Assembly: GCA_963708025.1 (NCBI GenBank)
Contig: CAVPSB010000029.1
Coordinates: 1-64,000 of the forward strand
DNA: 64,000 nt
Reading direction: 5' to 3'
Origin: an uncultured Candidatus Rokubacteria bacterium
GTDB taxonomy: Bacteria; Methylomirabilota; Methylomirabilia; Rokubacteriales; DASRDR01
The notes under the pieces were generated by a model. The model was not told the origin of the DNA and ran no database searches. It worked only from the letters and a program-made list of their open reading frames with translations. Below, piece by piece: positions 1 to 9,360 of this stretch; position 1 is the first letter of the stretch, and every line of letters starts with the position of its first letter. The translations under genes and the position numbers were made by a program.

Positions 1-96
1 ATCGGAATCCCGATATATTGCGGCGTGGAGGATCGAGACTCGCGCCACGTCCGCCACCAGCAAGTACTCGTCGTCCGCGACCACCTTCTTGGCCAT
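1..96 (-). CDS. Excisionase/HTH_17-like small DNA-binding protein, N-terminal part (runs off the left edge)
   Basis: Manual translation MAKKVVADDEYLLVADVARV... from ATG at 96, with a strong SD (GGAAGGAGGA, 101-110). 'YLxVxDVAR' resembles Xis/AlpA-type HTH starts. Not in the ORF track because no stop lies in the window. Confidence 0.5.
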   Translation of the reverse strand, partial: MAKKVVADDEYLLVADVARVSILHAAIYRDSD

Positions 97-229
97 CGGT
101 TCCTCCTTCCTTCTCTGGGGAATCGTCGCGCCGCCGGCTCGAACAAAAAAGGGCCGGAAATGCCGGTCACTCGTGCGCGACCAGCACCCCCGCCCCAACG
201 CCTCTGGGGGCGGCTCAGCTCAATGCTCG

Positions 230-258
230 ACCTTACGCCAGTCATTGCGATCTGGCAA
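230..258 (-). promoter_or_regulatory. Sigma70-type promoter for the xis-like gene
   Basis: TTGCCA-17 bp-TAAGGT on the minus strand, upstream of a hairpin-rich leader. Confidence 0.5.
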
Positions 259-330
259 CAGCGATTTCGAGTGATCATCAGCGAGGCGACGATCGTCGGC
301 CGTTCTCCCTGGGGAGCGCATCTTGGCGGC

Positions 331-908
331 TCACGGGGGCGGGGAAGAAGGCTTCCCGGGAGAACGCCCCACGATCGTCGGCCGCTCGGGCTTCGCCTCG
401 TCGATGCAGCGTTCCTCTGGCTCGGCAGCCCGAATCCCCAGGTGTCGTGCTCGACCCTGAGCGGCAGGGGGCCGCCGAGCACAAAGTAAGTGGAGGTTCG
501 ACCCGGATACCCGCGCTGATGCCGGATCACATACCCGGCCGTCATCAACGGCTTGCGCCACTTGAGCATCTGTTTCCAGCCTCGGAAGCCGAGCTCGCGG
601 GCGATCTGCTCGTCACCGATCGAGACAAACTTGACCCGGACGCGTGGGCCACCGACTTCACGGACGCGCGAGTCGATGTCAGCGGGCAGGGTGCGGAGTT
701 CCACTGGTTGTCCGCGCATGACCATCGCGAAATACACCGCTTTGGATTGCACCGGAATGCGGCGATCGCGCCAGACGGCATGAGGGACGTGATGCTCTTC
801 GAACCAATAGGTCGCCGCGGCGTGTCGGCGCTGGCGACGCGCCTGGTGACGCTGGCGAAGGAGATAGGGCGTGACCGTCCGAGCTTGAGAGCCGGTGCGC
901 GTGAGCAT
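331..908 (-). CDS. Winged-HTH protein resembling the N-terminus of phage replication initiators (3' end uncertain)
   Basis: Manual translation from ATG 908 with SD GGGAGGGG: ...VWRDRRIPVQSKAVYFAMV...VSIGDEQIARELGFRGWKQMLKWRKPLMTAGYVIRHQRGYPGRTSTYFVL. This frame stays open to the window edge, so the true stop is probably hidden by an indel. Confidence 0.55.
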
Positions 909-1341
909 CGATGACCCCTCCCTGCGGGAGTCCCTTGAAGTGATCGCGGGCCAACCGGCCAAGGTATCCGGCTTGTCAGGCAGCTGTACCCTAGGCCCGC
1001 GCTCACTCTCTCTATGCACGAGACTGTTGGGAGTCTCACGGAGGGGTCTGCAACCCGCGCTGGTGGCGGTTTCGTCGGGGGGGGCGCCTCCTCAGGCGGC
1101 CTCGGCCGGGCTCAGGCCGCCCCCGAACCGGGGCGCAATGGCCGAAGTCAGCCCATGGGACGGGCAGGCGGGGGCCAGGGGGCGGGGGTCGGGTTCGAGG
1201 GGCTGACGCGGCCGAAGCGGGTGGCTTCAGGCGTCGCCGTCGCTGGCCCCGCAGGCCGGGCAGCAGCGGTGGCCTTCTCCCAAGACTCAGAGTCAGCAGT
1301 CGGCGGAGATCATCGCACGCATCGCAGCAGCGAACGGTCAA

Positions 1342-2375
1342 TCACGCGATGGCTCGCCGTAGAGCATTTATGAATACCCGCGATTCAAGGAGGTAGCTGG
1401 GGTAGGCTCGCGTCAGCTTCTTGATAGAGTCAACCGATACGAGCACGACTTGTCCGCCCGCGGTGCTGGCCATCGCCTTTTCCGTCACTGCATACTGCTC
1501 CATTGCTCTCTCAGATTCAGCGCGACGAAACCCAGTCGATCCTCACGTTCCTATCAGCCGGGCTGGTCGCGATAAGAAATAGCTCAGCGTCAGCTGTGTC
1601 GATTCTTGTCTGAGCTATCCGCCCGTATGTCCTCAGTGTTCTGATGACATCTAGACTGCGGGCGGCCGATCGCAGCTCTCTCTTGAGCTCTGCGGGGTTT
1701 GCTGGTGTGCCGGCGACTGGATTGGTTCTCTCGTCCATGGCTATCGCGGCGGACATACGGCGAAAGAATTGAAGCCATGCGTCAGAACCGAGATTGGACT
1801 TCAAGGCTTCCCCGATGAAATCTCCCGTTGTTTCAACAGCTGTCGCCCAAGCATGTTGCAACCGTGAACGCAACTGCATTTCGATTCGGAGGCCATTGTA
1901 TGGCTCGCTCTTCTTGTTGTCACTGTGATACTTGTAGATCAGGTGCACGCTTCGGTAACCGCTCTGTCTTGGGTTTTGAACGTAGTCGGTGACCTTCAGG
2001 AGTTCCTGCTTGTCTCTTGCTGCTCTTGTGATGGGCTACCAGTTCATTCACCTGAGCCATGGAAGACACGACGGCCCGACAGCCCCCAATGTCCTGCATC
2101 TGAGACAGCGCCATATTAGGGTTGAGCGAAAGCTTTAGCCTAATTGCTGGTAACCGCTTGATCCGTTGAGCTACAAGCCATGGCCCCCTGACCTCGCGCA
2201 TGGCACGGCGAAGCCCCATCTGAAATGTGTTCAGGGGATAGCTGTGCGCTGATCGCCAGTTGTTGATGACTCCGAGCGCTTCGTCGAGGTCAGCATCAGA
2301 CGTGGCAGGATTGATGAGGGCGCGCCCGGCCCAATCAATACGGCCCTTTGGAAACTCTGGCCTGGCCCACGCCAT
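1342..2375 (-). CDS. CapRel-like fused toxSAS (RelA/SpoT synthetase domain plus C-terminal sensor/antitoxin region), two apparent frameshifts (~2015, ~1535)
   Basis: Motifs NWRSAHSYPLNTFQ, AQRIKRLPAI, MQDIGGCR, DYVQNPRQSGYRSVH, IEMQLRSRLQHAWATAVE, and the C-terminal VVLVSVDSIKKLTRAYPSYLLESRVFI. About 344 aa when joined. SD GGGAGGA. Lower GC than its flanks. Confidence 0.85.
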
Positions 2376-2440
2376 GAATGAGTCCTCCCAATCTGGGTCA
2401 CATACTGGCGCGAGCAGGATAGCCGGGCCCATCGAGTTAT

Positions 2441-2698
2441 TCAAGTTGCGCCACACCCTCGGGTTTCCGCGTCAACCGCTGGAGCCGGATGTTCGTCGGC
2501 CGGCTGGCCGCAGCGAGCACAGGCTTCGTGCCAACCCCGCAACCAGCAGCCCCGCTCGGCGCAGAGGAAGCGCCGGGTGCGTCCGCTGGGGGCGAAGGGA
2601 TGGTCGTGGACCACATCGACCCGCCCCGCCCAGCCGCAGAGATTCGCGTTCGTCCCGTGGCCAGGGCGCCACCATCGCTCGCGAGACCGGCGGATCAT
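2441..2698 (-). CDS. Small Cys/His-rich hypothetical protein
   Basis: MIRRSRERWW...FLCAERGCWLRGWHEACARCGQPADEH. Its start overlaps the stop of the upstream ORF. Confidence 0.35.
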   Translation of the reverse strand: MIRRSRERWWRPGHGTNANLCGWAGRVDVVHDHPFAPSGRTRRFLCAERGCWLRGWHEACARCGQPADEHPAPAVDAETRGCGAT

Positions 2699-2925
2699 CA
2701 GGGCGGCGTCTCTCCGTGATCGAGGGCGGCGATGGTCTCGCGGAGCAGCCGGCGCAGCTCGGCGACGGGACGGCGGGAGACCCGCACGACCACGAGTGGG
2801 TCTTCGGGATGGACGACCAGGCGGCCGCCCCACTGGGCGCACGCCACCCGCAGGAGCCCCACCGTCTGGGGCGAGCAGCGCCCCAGGCTCACGGTGTCGG
2901 ACGCGGGGTCGCCGTCGTCAGCCAT
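2698..2925 (-). CDS. Small hypothetical protein
   Basis: 75-aa ORF coupled to its neighbours, with protein-like composition. Confidence 0.4.
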   Translation of the reverse strand: MADDGDPASDTVSLGRCSPQTVGLLRVACAQWGGRLVVHPEDPLVVVRVSRRPVAELRRLLRETIAALDHGETPP

Positions 2926-3065
2926 CAGCCATCATCGCAAGAGGGCCGTCCTGGTCCGCCGATCGACTCGACGCGGAGGGCGTCGCCGCGGGGCGGTCGG
3001 GCCAGGTTGAGGTGACCCGGCAGCGGCCCGCCACCGGGTGGTCTCCCCGCGATTGGGCACCATCA

Positions 3066-3584
3066 TCAGAACTCTCCCCAGCGAAGCCACGCGTCGACCC
3101 AGGACTCTGCGTCGCGATGCTCGGCCCGAGCCACGGGACGTGGCGAATGTCCAACACCACCCCGTCGAGCTGCGCCTGCTCGCAGAGGCGCATCGCCCGC
3201 CGGTTGATTTCGGCCGCCTCAATCAACAGGGGGCGGAGCGGGCGGAGGATCTCTCGGTACTCGGCTTCGTAGGCAGGCCGCCGGCGCTCGATCGCGGCCC
3301 GGCGGGTCGCCGCGTAGGTCTTCTCGCGTTCGTCGGCCGCCGCCTTCGTCTGAGGACTTCGACTTCCGCCGCCGGCAGCGCCGCCCGGGCCCGCCCCCGG
3401 ACCACCGCGTCGGCCTCGGGGGCTCGCGTGATCAGCCGATCGAGCTCGCGCCAGTGCGCCAGGGCGGTCTCCGCGGTGGCTCGGGCCGCCTGGTACGCGA
3501 GGCGGGCGTCGGTGACGTCCGCTTCCTCGTCGAACGGGGCCCAGTCGAGGAGCGGTCGGCCGAGGGGGCGGTCTTCATCGTCAT
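3066..3584 (-). CDS. Coiled-coil hypothetical protein (frameshifted)
   Basis: SD AAGGAGG plus ATG. Stitched frames read LLDWAPFDEEADVTDARLAYQAARATAETALAHWRELDRL...AAADEREKTYAATRRAAIERRRPAYEAEYREILRPL. Confidence 0.5.
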
Positions 3585-3613
3585 CGGCGTTGTCCTCCTT
3601 GCCTTCGATTCGT

Positions 3614-4456
3614 TCAGTCGATCTGACCGGTCAGTTCGCACATGACCGCCCGCTGGAGATCGGGCAGGACGGCCGCGGTGGCCTCTTTGAAGATCGCCGC
3701 CCAGTCCTCCGAGGTGATGGTGACGGACTTCCAGGCCTCCGCTTCCTCGCGCTTGCGCTCGGCGGCGAGCCAGTCCTCCCACGCGCTCGGTGGTGCCGGT
3801 CGTGGCGGAGGCGGCGGACCGCCGACGCGGCGCGAGTTGCCGCACGACGGACAGAATCGCCAGCGGGTCGTTGTCCATGCCGGCGCCGCAATTCACGCAG
3901 TAGGCGGCGAAGGCCGGCTCGATGCCCATCGGACTGGCCGGCGGCTCGGTGCGTTCGCGTCCAGCGCTTGAGCACCATCAGCTCGCGCTCGCCCCGGCGC
4001 GCGAGAGCACCCGGGCGTCGACGGTTGCTCCGGAATGCCAGCGATCGACCTCGAGCAGCCGGGCCCAGCCGAAGTCGATGGCCGCCCTGCGCCGTTGTCC
4101 TCGGGCGGGACGTCCGGCTGGAAGCCGACGCTGCAGATCGGTCAGGACCCGGCTGATCGGATTGAACACTTCGTCGGCGAAGGGCGACACCCCTCAGGCG
4201 GGAACGTCGCCTCGCCCAGCAACCGGTCGCCCTCGACCCAGGCCCGACCCCGGGCGACGGGGGGACGCTGCGAGGTCGTGGCCAGAGCAGGACCGGACGC
4301 CGCCGTGGTCGACTCGACGGTCCCATCCTCCGGGGATCGATCGTGTCGCGATCGCGATCGACGGCGCCGGTCTGAGAGTCACGAACTCGCACGGTGCCGG
4401 TCGCCGGTGACCTCGACGCCCGAGGCCTGCTTGCGGATGCGCTTGGCGATGGGCAT
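3614..4456 (-). CDS. HK97-family phage prohead (maturation) protease, heavily frameshifted
   Basis: SD AAGGAGG plus ATG 4456. Stitched motifs GAVDRDRDTIDPxGW, PVLLWxHD, VEGDRLLGEATFPPEG-SPFADEVF, CSVGFQP (catalytic-Ser motif), IDFxxARLLEV; the C-terminus ends ...ELTGQID. Confidence 0.7.
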
Positions 4457-4613
4457 GGTCAGCCCTCCTTTCGGGATCAAGGTGTCGCGGAAACTCGGCC
4501 GGCGGTCCCAGTCCTGGGCGGTCGGCTTGGGTGGCTCGGGGCGCGGCCGGCCCTGGGGGCGGCGCTTGCTCGGGGTGACGGGCTTCTTCGTGGCTTGGCC
4601 ATGGAGACTCCTT

Positions 4614-6200
4614 TCATGAGTCGCCGGGAAACCAGCAACCGCGCTCCGCGATCGCCTTGCGAATCTGCTCCGCGCTCGCGGCGGCTCGCTCGGCCAGCTC
4701 TCGGTCGCTCTCGGCCTGGAGCTCGGCGACCGAGGGGCCGGGCAGGTCCCGCCCGTCCGGTCCCACGCGGACGAAGCCATTGGGGCCCGAAAAGATCAGC
4801 GCGGGGAGCGCTCGCGCGAGCGAGACTAGCGCACCAGCGACACTATTCACCACGTCATCCTTTCCCTGGGGCCCGTGGTCGATGCTGTCCTTGCCGCCCC
4901 GGGCCGTGCGGCGTTCCAGCCCGAGCAGCTGGGCGAGGAGTCTGGGGTTGTCGACCAGCTCGACCCGGCCCGAGTTGAGGAGGGGCAGGAGGTCGCGGTA
5001 CAGGTCACTCTTGCTCCGATCGGCCAGCTCGTAGGCGATGCCGGCCGTGCGGAACGGCTCGCGCGGCCACTCGCCCGCGTAGCGGTCGCCGGTGACGCGG
5101 TCGATCCGGTAGGCTGGCCAGCAGGGCGGCGAACTCCTCGACGACCGACTCGGGGCAGAACGGGCGGCCGGCGCTCGCGCACGGCATCGACCACCGCTCG
5201 GCCGTCGCCGTCCTGATGGGCCACCGCCAGGGTCATCGAGTCGGCTGAGCCGCCGCTTGGATCGACAAAGGCCGTGTAGGCGATGCCGGCAACGGGGGCC
5301 AGCTCGTCGCCGCCCGGGCACCACGCGGCGTCGACGACCTCCGCGAGACGAAGGTCTCGATGTCCCGTCGGAACTCGGCGCCGTACTCGGCGCTGGCGGC
5401 CGCTCGTCGGCCTGGTAGGCGGCGGCGATGACGGCGGGGTCGATGGTCGGGTTCATCGGCGGCCGAGTCCGCCTGCCAGACGAGCACGGGGTCGTCGTCG
5501 CTGGCCGTAGTGATCCCGGTAGGCCGCCCAGAGCGCGCCCTTGCGGGCGTACGGGAGCTGATGGCCAGGAGCAGGGCGGCCGGGATCGTCGCCATGGCCG
5601 GGTCGGAGGGCGTTGACGATCTCGGTGTCGGGATTGGCCAGTCGTCGGTCGCGCCAGAAGGCGACTTCGTCGCAGGATGGCGGCCACGACCGTGTAGCCA
5701 CGGACGCGCTCGATAGCGAGGCCGTGTGGACTTCGATCGTCACCCGGTTGCGCAGATGGATGGCCTCGCGGGTGCGGTGCTCGATCAGGCTGCGCGAGCA
5801 TGGGGACGGAATCGAACAAGCCGATGATGTAGCGGAAGACCACACGCGCTTGCAGGCGATCGGCCGCGATGACCATCACCGTCCCCCGCTCACCGGGGGC
5901 GAGCACCGGGCGATAGTCGCGGAAGGCCGACAGGTAGGTGGCGATCAGGGCCGCGATCCGAGACTTGCCGCCCCGACGGCCGACGATCAACCAGCCCTCG
6001 CGAGCAGGGAGGGTCGGTGGGATGGTCCGGCCGGTGTGTCGGCGTGTAGATCGCCGTGCTCGTCGGGGGTCATCGCGAGCGCGAACAGGCTCTTGAGCAC
6101 GATGCGCCAGGTCTGCCAGGGCGTCAGCGGATCGAATCGGGGAGCGAAGAGCGAGCGGTCGGCCAGGGTCTCGACGATGGAAGGGCCAGCGGGAGCCGGC
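4614..6200 (-). CDS. Phage terminase large subunit (several frameshifts)
   Basis: Walker A GRRGGKS, AADRLQARVVF, VRGYTVVAAI-DEVAFW (Walker B), ISSPY, AEYGAEF, nuclease FVDPSGG, VTGDRYAGEW, DHGPQGKDDVVN. Confidence 0.9.
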   Translation of the reverse strand, partial: AGSRWPFHRRDPGRPLALRSPIRSADALADLAHRAQEPVRARDDPRRARRSTRRHTGRTIPPTLPAREGWLIVGRRGGKSRIAALIATYLSAFRDYRPVLAPGERGTVMVIAADRLQARVVFRYIIGLFDSVPMLAQPDRAPHPRGHPSAQPGDDRSPHGLAIERVRGYTVVAAILRRSRLLARPTTGQSRHRDRQRPPTRPWRRSRPPCSWPSAPVRPQGRALGGLPGSLRPATTTPCSSGRRTRPPMNPTIDPAVIAAAYQADERPPAPSTAPSSDGTSRPSSRGGRRRRVVPGRRRAGPRCRHRLHGLCRSKRRLSRLDDPGGGPSGRRRPSGGRCRARAPAARSAPSRSSRSSPPCWPAYRIDRVTGDRYAGEWPREPFRTAGIAYELADRSKSDLYRDLLPLLNSGRVELVDNPRLLAQLLGLERRTARGGKDSIDHGPQGKDDVVNSVAGALVSLARALPALIFSGPNGFVRVGPDGRDLPGPSVAELQAESDRELAERAAASAEQIRKAIAERGCWFPGDS

Positions 6201-6846
6201 CTAGGAGCCCCCCAGATTGCCCAGGTCGGGGGCAGAATCGGCCACGTGGGGCGTTTGCAGGCCCGGGCTCGAGTCAGACGGCGGGCTCGGCCGTTCGCGG
6301 GCGGCTTCGCCCGCCTGGCTGGCCAGCTGAGGCGGGGCGGGGCTCTGGCCGTTGCCCCCATAGCGCTCCTTGAGGTAGGCGTCGAGGCTCTTGGGTTCGA
6401 TCGTGCGACGCTCAAGGCCGAGCTGCCCCAGGTATCGGGCCAGCCCGTCGGCGAGTTGCTGGCGTTGCAGCACGACGGGGTAGACCGCCCGACGACGACC
6501 GTTGACCAGGGCGCCCCGTTCCAAGATCCAGGCGTCCACCGAATCGACGATCAGCTTGGTCCTGAGCGCCAGGTCGATCACCTGGCGCTGCGCCGCGGTG
6601 ACGGACTCGGGCCCGCCCAGGTCCGCGATCAGCTCCGACCGCCACGCGGTCAGCGCTTTGCCGACCAGGGTCCGCTGATCGATGACGCGAGCGCCCGAGC
6701 GTCGCCACGGTCCTTTTGAGCGCCCAGAGTCCGTGGCCATGCTGGCGACCACGACCGCCTCGCTGGCTGCCATCAGCCGCGATCGTCCGGGCGGCGCGAC
6801 CATCTCGCCGGCGGCCGGGGCGTGCGACGAACTGTCCCTTCGCCAT
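6201..6846 (-). CDS. Terminase small subunit-like protein (frameshift ~6690)
   Basis: Immediately upstream of terL. HGLWALK...IDQRTLVGKALTAWRSELIADLGGPESVTAAQRQVIDLA...LARYLGQLGLERR resembles TerS helical and oligomerisation segments. Confidence 0.6.
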
Positions 6847-7107
6847 CGGGCTGGCTTCCTCGGCCGGACCCTACCCGAGTCTGCGAGCATTCTCCAACCT
6901 TGATCGGCCGGCTCCGGGGGATGAGCCGGCGAATCTCAGGGGATCAGGCCGACAGGCGCGTGAGGCGGGTTGGCGCGGATTGCCCCGTACAGGCCCCGTA
7001 AGCCGGCTCGCGACCGCACGATTGAGGCGTCGGCCGGGCCGCCCCGTCGATTGAAAGTCTACTGATCGGGGGGTTGGGGGCTGTGGAGGAGTGGGCTTCC
7101 TCCTATG

Positions 7108-7479
7108 TCACGGGCAGCCTCGATCCAGGGCCCAATAGACGAGTCCGCTCAACGGTTCGTGCCACAAGTCCGGATGGTCGGCCAGCCACTTGTCAACAAT
7201 GGCCAGGTACTGTCCAAAGCTCCTCTCGTGGTCGAGGCAGCGGGGGGCCAGCTCGATGCTCGCCGCACTCGGCGGGAAGCTCGCCAGCTTGACCCGCGCC
7301 ACTATCTCGGCGAGCGCCCAGGCGTCAACCGTCGCCGTCACATACGTGAGACGCATGGCTCGTGGCATGGTCTGCCAGACGTTGCCGGTGAGCTTCTGCG
7401 GACCGTCCGCTCCCTCAGACGTGGGGCAGCCAAGGGCCGCCACCAGGGCAATCAGGACGGTGATCGTTCGAGTCGGCAT
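7108..7479 (-). CDS. Secreted Rap1a/Tai immunity-like protein
   Basis: Signal peptide, then LTGN...YVTATVDA...C...GQYLAIVDKWLADHPDLWHEPLSGLVYWALDRGCP. Confidence 0.5.
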   Translation of the reverse strand: MPTRTITVLIALVAALGCPTSEGADGPQKLTGNVWQTMPRAMRLTYVTATVDAWALAEIVARVKLASFPPSAASIELAPRCLDHERSFGQYLAIVDKWLADHPDLWHEPLSGLVYWALDRGCP

Positions 7480-7561
7480 GGTCCCCTCCGATCTGCGTTT
7501 TGAGCCGCTGGGCCACTTCAAGACCTCATTGGAGTTGTTTCTGTACAGAGCAGCCAGTTGC

Positions 7562-8152
7562 TCACTTCGGCTCATAGAACCGAGCGTCGAGAGGGATGCC
7601 GGCCTCCCGCAATAGAGTGCTAAAGCTCGCGAGGTCGGCTCGGATCGCCTTGAGGATGCGCCCGTCGCGAAGGGTCGCACGCCATCGAGCACGATCATCT
7701 GGAGTCCCGTTAAGCATCGCGTCCTCAGCCATATCGAAGCGTCGGTTGGCGTCGATGAGCTGTTCATGGAGGCTGACGATGGCCGTGAACAGCTTGCGGT
7801 CGTCACTTCCTACAAACTGTCCACTGGCGTTGGCCGCAGCGAGTCCGACTGTTTGGAAGCGAGGGAACACGACAAAGAGACGCAGAGCCGCTTCGTCGGT
7901 TTCGTGGAACTTCCGATCATTCACGACCGCGGCGTTCACCATGAATTCCGCCGCGAGCGTCTTCAATAGCGCCTGGCGGCGTTTTGCGTTCTCCAGTTCT
8001 CTCCATCCGAGTGTTCCTAGAATTCCGCCGGCTCCGATAAGCAGCGCGCCGAGCAAGACTAAGGTGATCGCCCACGCCATGCCCTTACTCCTCAGAGGCC
8101 AACGGCTGGTCCGCGGCATCGAAGTCGATTCGTCCTCTCGCGTACTAAGCAT
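7562..8152 (-). CDS. Membrane-anchored hypothetical protein (cargo)
   Basis: One N-terminal TM helix followed by a helical domain. Lower GC. Confidence 0.6.
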   Translation of the reverse strand: MLSTREDESTSMPRTSRWPLRSKGMAWAITLVLLGALLIGAGGILGTLGWRELENAKRRQALLKTLAAEFMVNAAVVNDRKFHETDEAALRLFVVFPRFQTVGLAAANASGQFVGSDDRKLFTAIVSLHEQLIDANRRFDMAEDAMLNGTPDDRARWRATLRDGRILKAIRADLASFSTLLREAGIPLDARFYEPK

Positions 8153-8440
8153 GGTTGTTGGAGGTCCCCGGGTAAAGGAGTCTGGGCCACGGGGGATCGA
8201 TCAAATGGTGACTTAGGGCATTGATCTCGTCAAGCCCGAGCACGCTGTGCCCAGGTCACAAACCATCTCGACGGTTCACTTCCCTCGCGTTAGACTGCTG
8301 CGCAATGGGTCGGGCGCCTCTCAAGCGCGACAGGAGCCGTAACCACCTCTTCGAACCTCGCTCGCCTTGGTGGTCTCATGGGGGCATCCTCCGAGACCCG
8401 CCACCGAAACCGATCGACGACTGATGGAGTCTGACGCCGA

Positions 8441-9201
8441 GTGAGTCCGGCGCTCGCAGGGATCGTGGCCTTGTTCTCTGTCGTGCTGGCGGTCCTATTG
8501 GGCGTAACCCTGGGCTCCGGTGGGGGAGAAAAACTTGCAAGTCCCATTCTGGGGCCAATTGCCGGCTTTGTGACCGCGTGGCTGACCTTCGAACTCACGG
8601 AGCGACGTCGGTCACGCATGGCTCGCGATGCCATGAGGAAGGCGGTCGTTGGAGAGCTTCGAAATGCTGAGCTGCTTCTGGCGAACATTGTGGTGGGTTA
8701 TGCCTGGGGGCCAACGGGAGTGGGCGTCGATCGAGCCATCAAAGAAACTCGCTGGCTGATCGCGCCTGAGCAGGCTCGCGTCGAAGGGGTTGGGTTCTTT
8801 GAGGCGACCGGGGAGATGGAAAGCAGGCTCGAAGGCTTCCGAGACAGGTCGGATCAGGAAATCGCCATGCTCATGAGAATGGCCCCCTCCACGGCAAAAC
8901 GGCGCCCGCTTGAGGTCCATCTGCCTGTCCTCGAAGCCATGCTTCGTCAGCCGCAGGCCGGCTTCACCGACCGGCAAATCCAACTTCTCGCCTCGGTCCG
9001 ATGGCAATTGCAGCTACTCAATGATGGCGCTCAGTGGACCCATCGCTTCTTTAGAATGACCTTCACCGTGAAAAATCCTGACAACCACCAAGCCGTCGTG
9101 GCCAACCACGAAAGTTGCCGGCAGGAGCATCGCCATCGCGCGGGGCTCGCGCTCGAAGCCAGGTCCGCCGCGCCATCAGCATCCTCGAGCCCCGAGGGTG
9201 A
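8441..9201 (+). CDS. Membrane-anchored hypothetical protein (cargo; true stop probably ~9201 after an indel)
   Basis: Two N-terminal hydrophobic segments and a helical body. The ORF-track extension runs through the att site and looks spurious. Confidence 0.55.
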
Positions 9202-9360
9202 GAGGGGTGGGGGGGCCAACGACTTACGGGGAACCTACGGGGTCGAGCCGGACGGGACAGGGATCAATGGGCATTCCCACCTGCCCGGCTCTCACGCAAC
9301 GACGCGGGTTTGGTGGCGATTCGCTCCGATCGGATGCAATCGGGAGCGGCCTGGCAAGTA

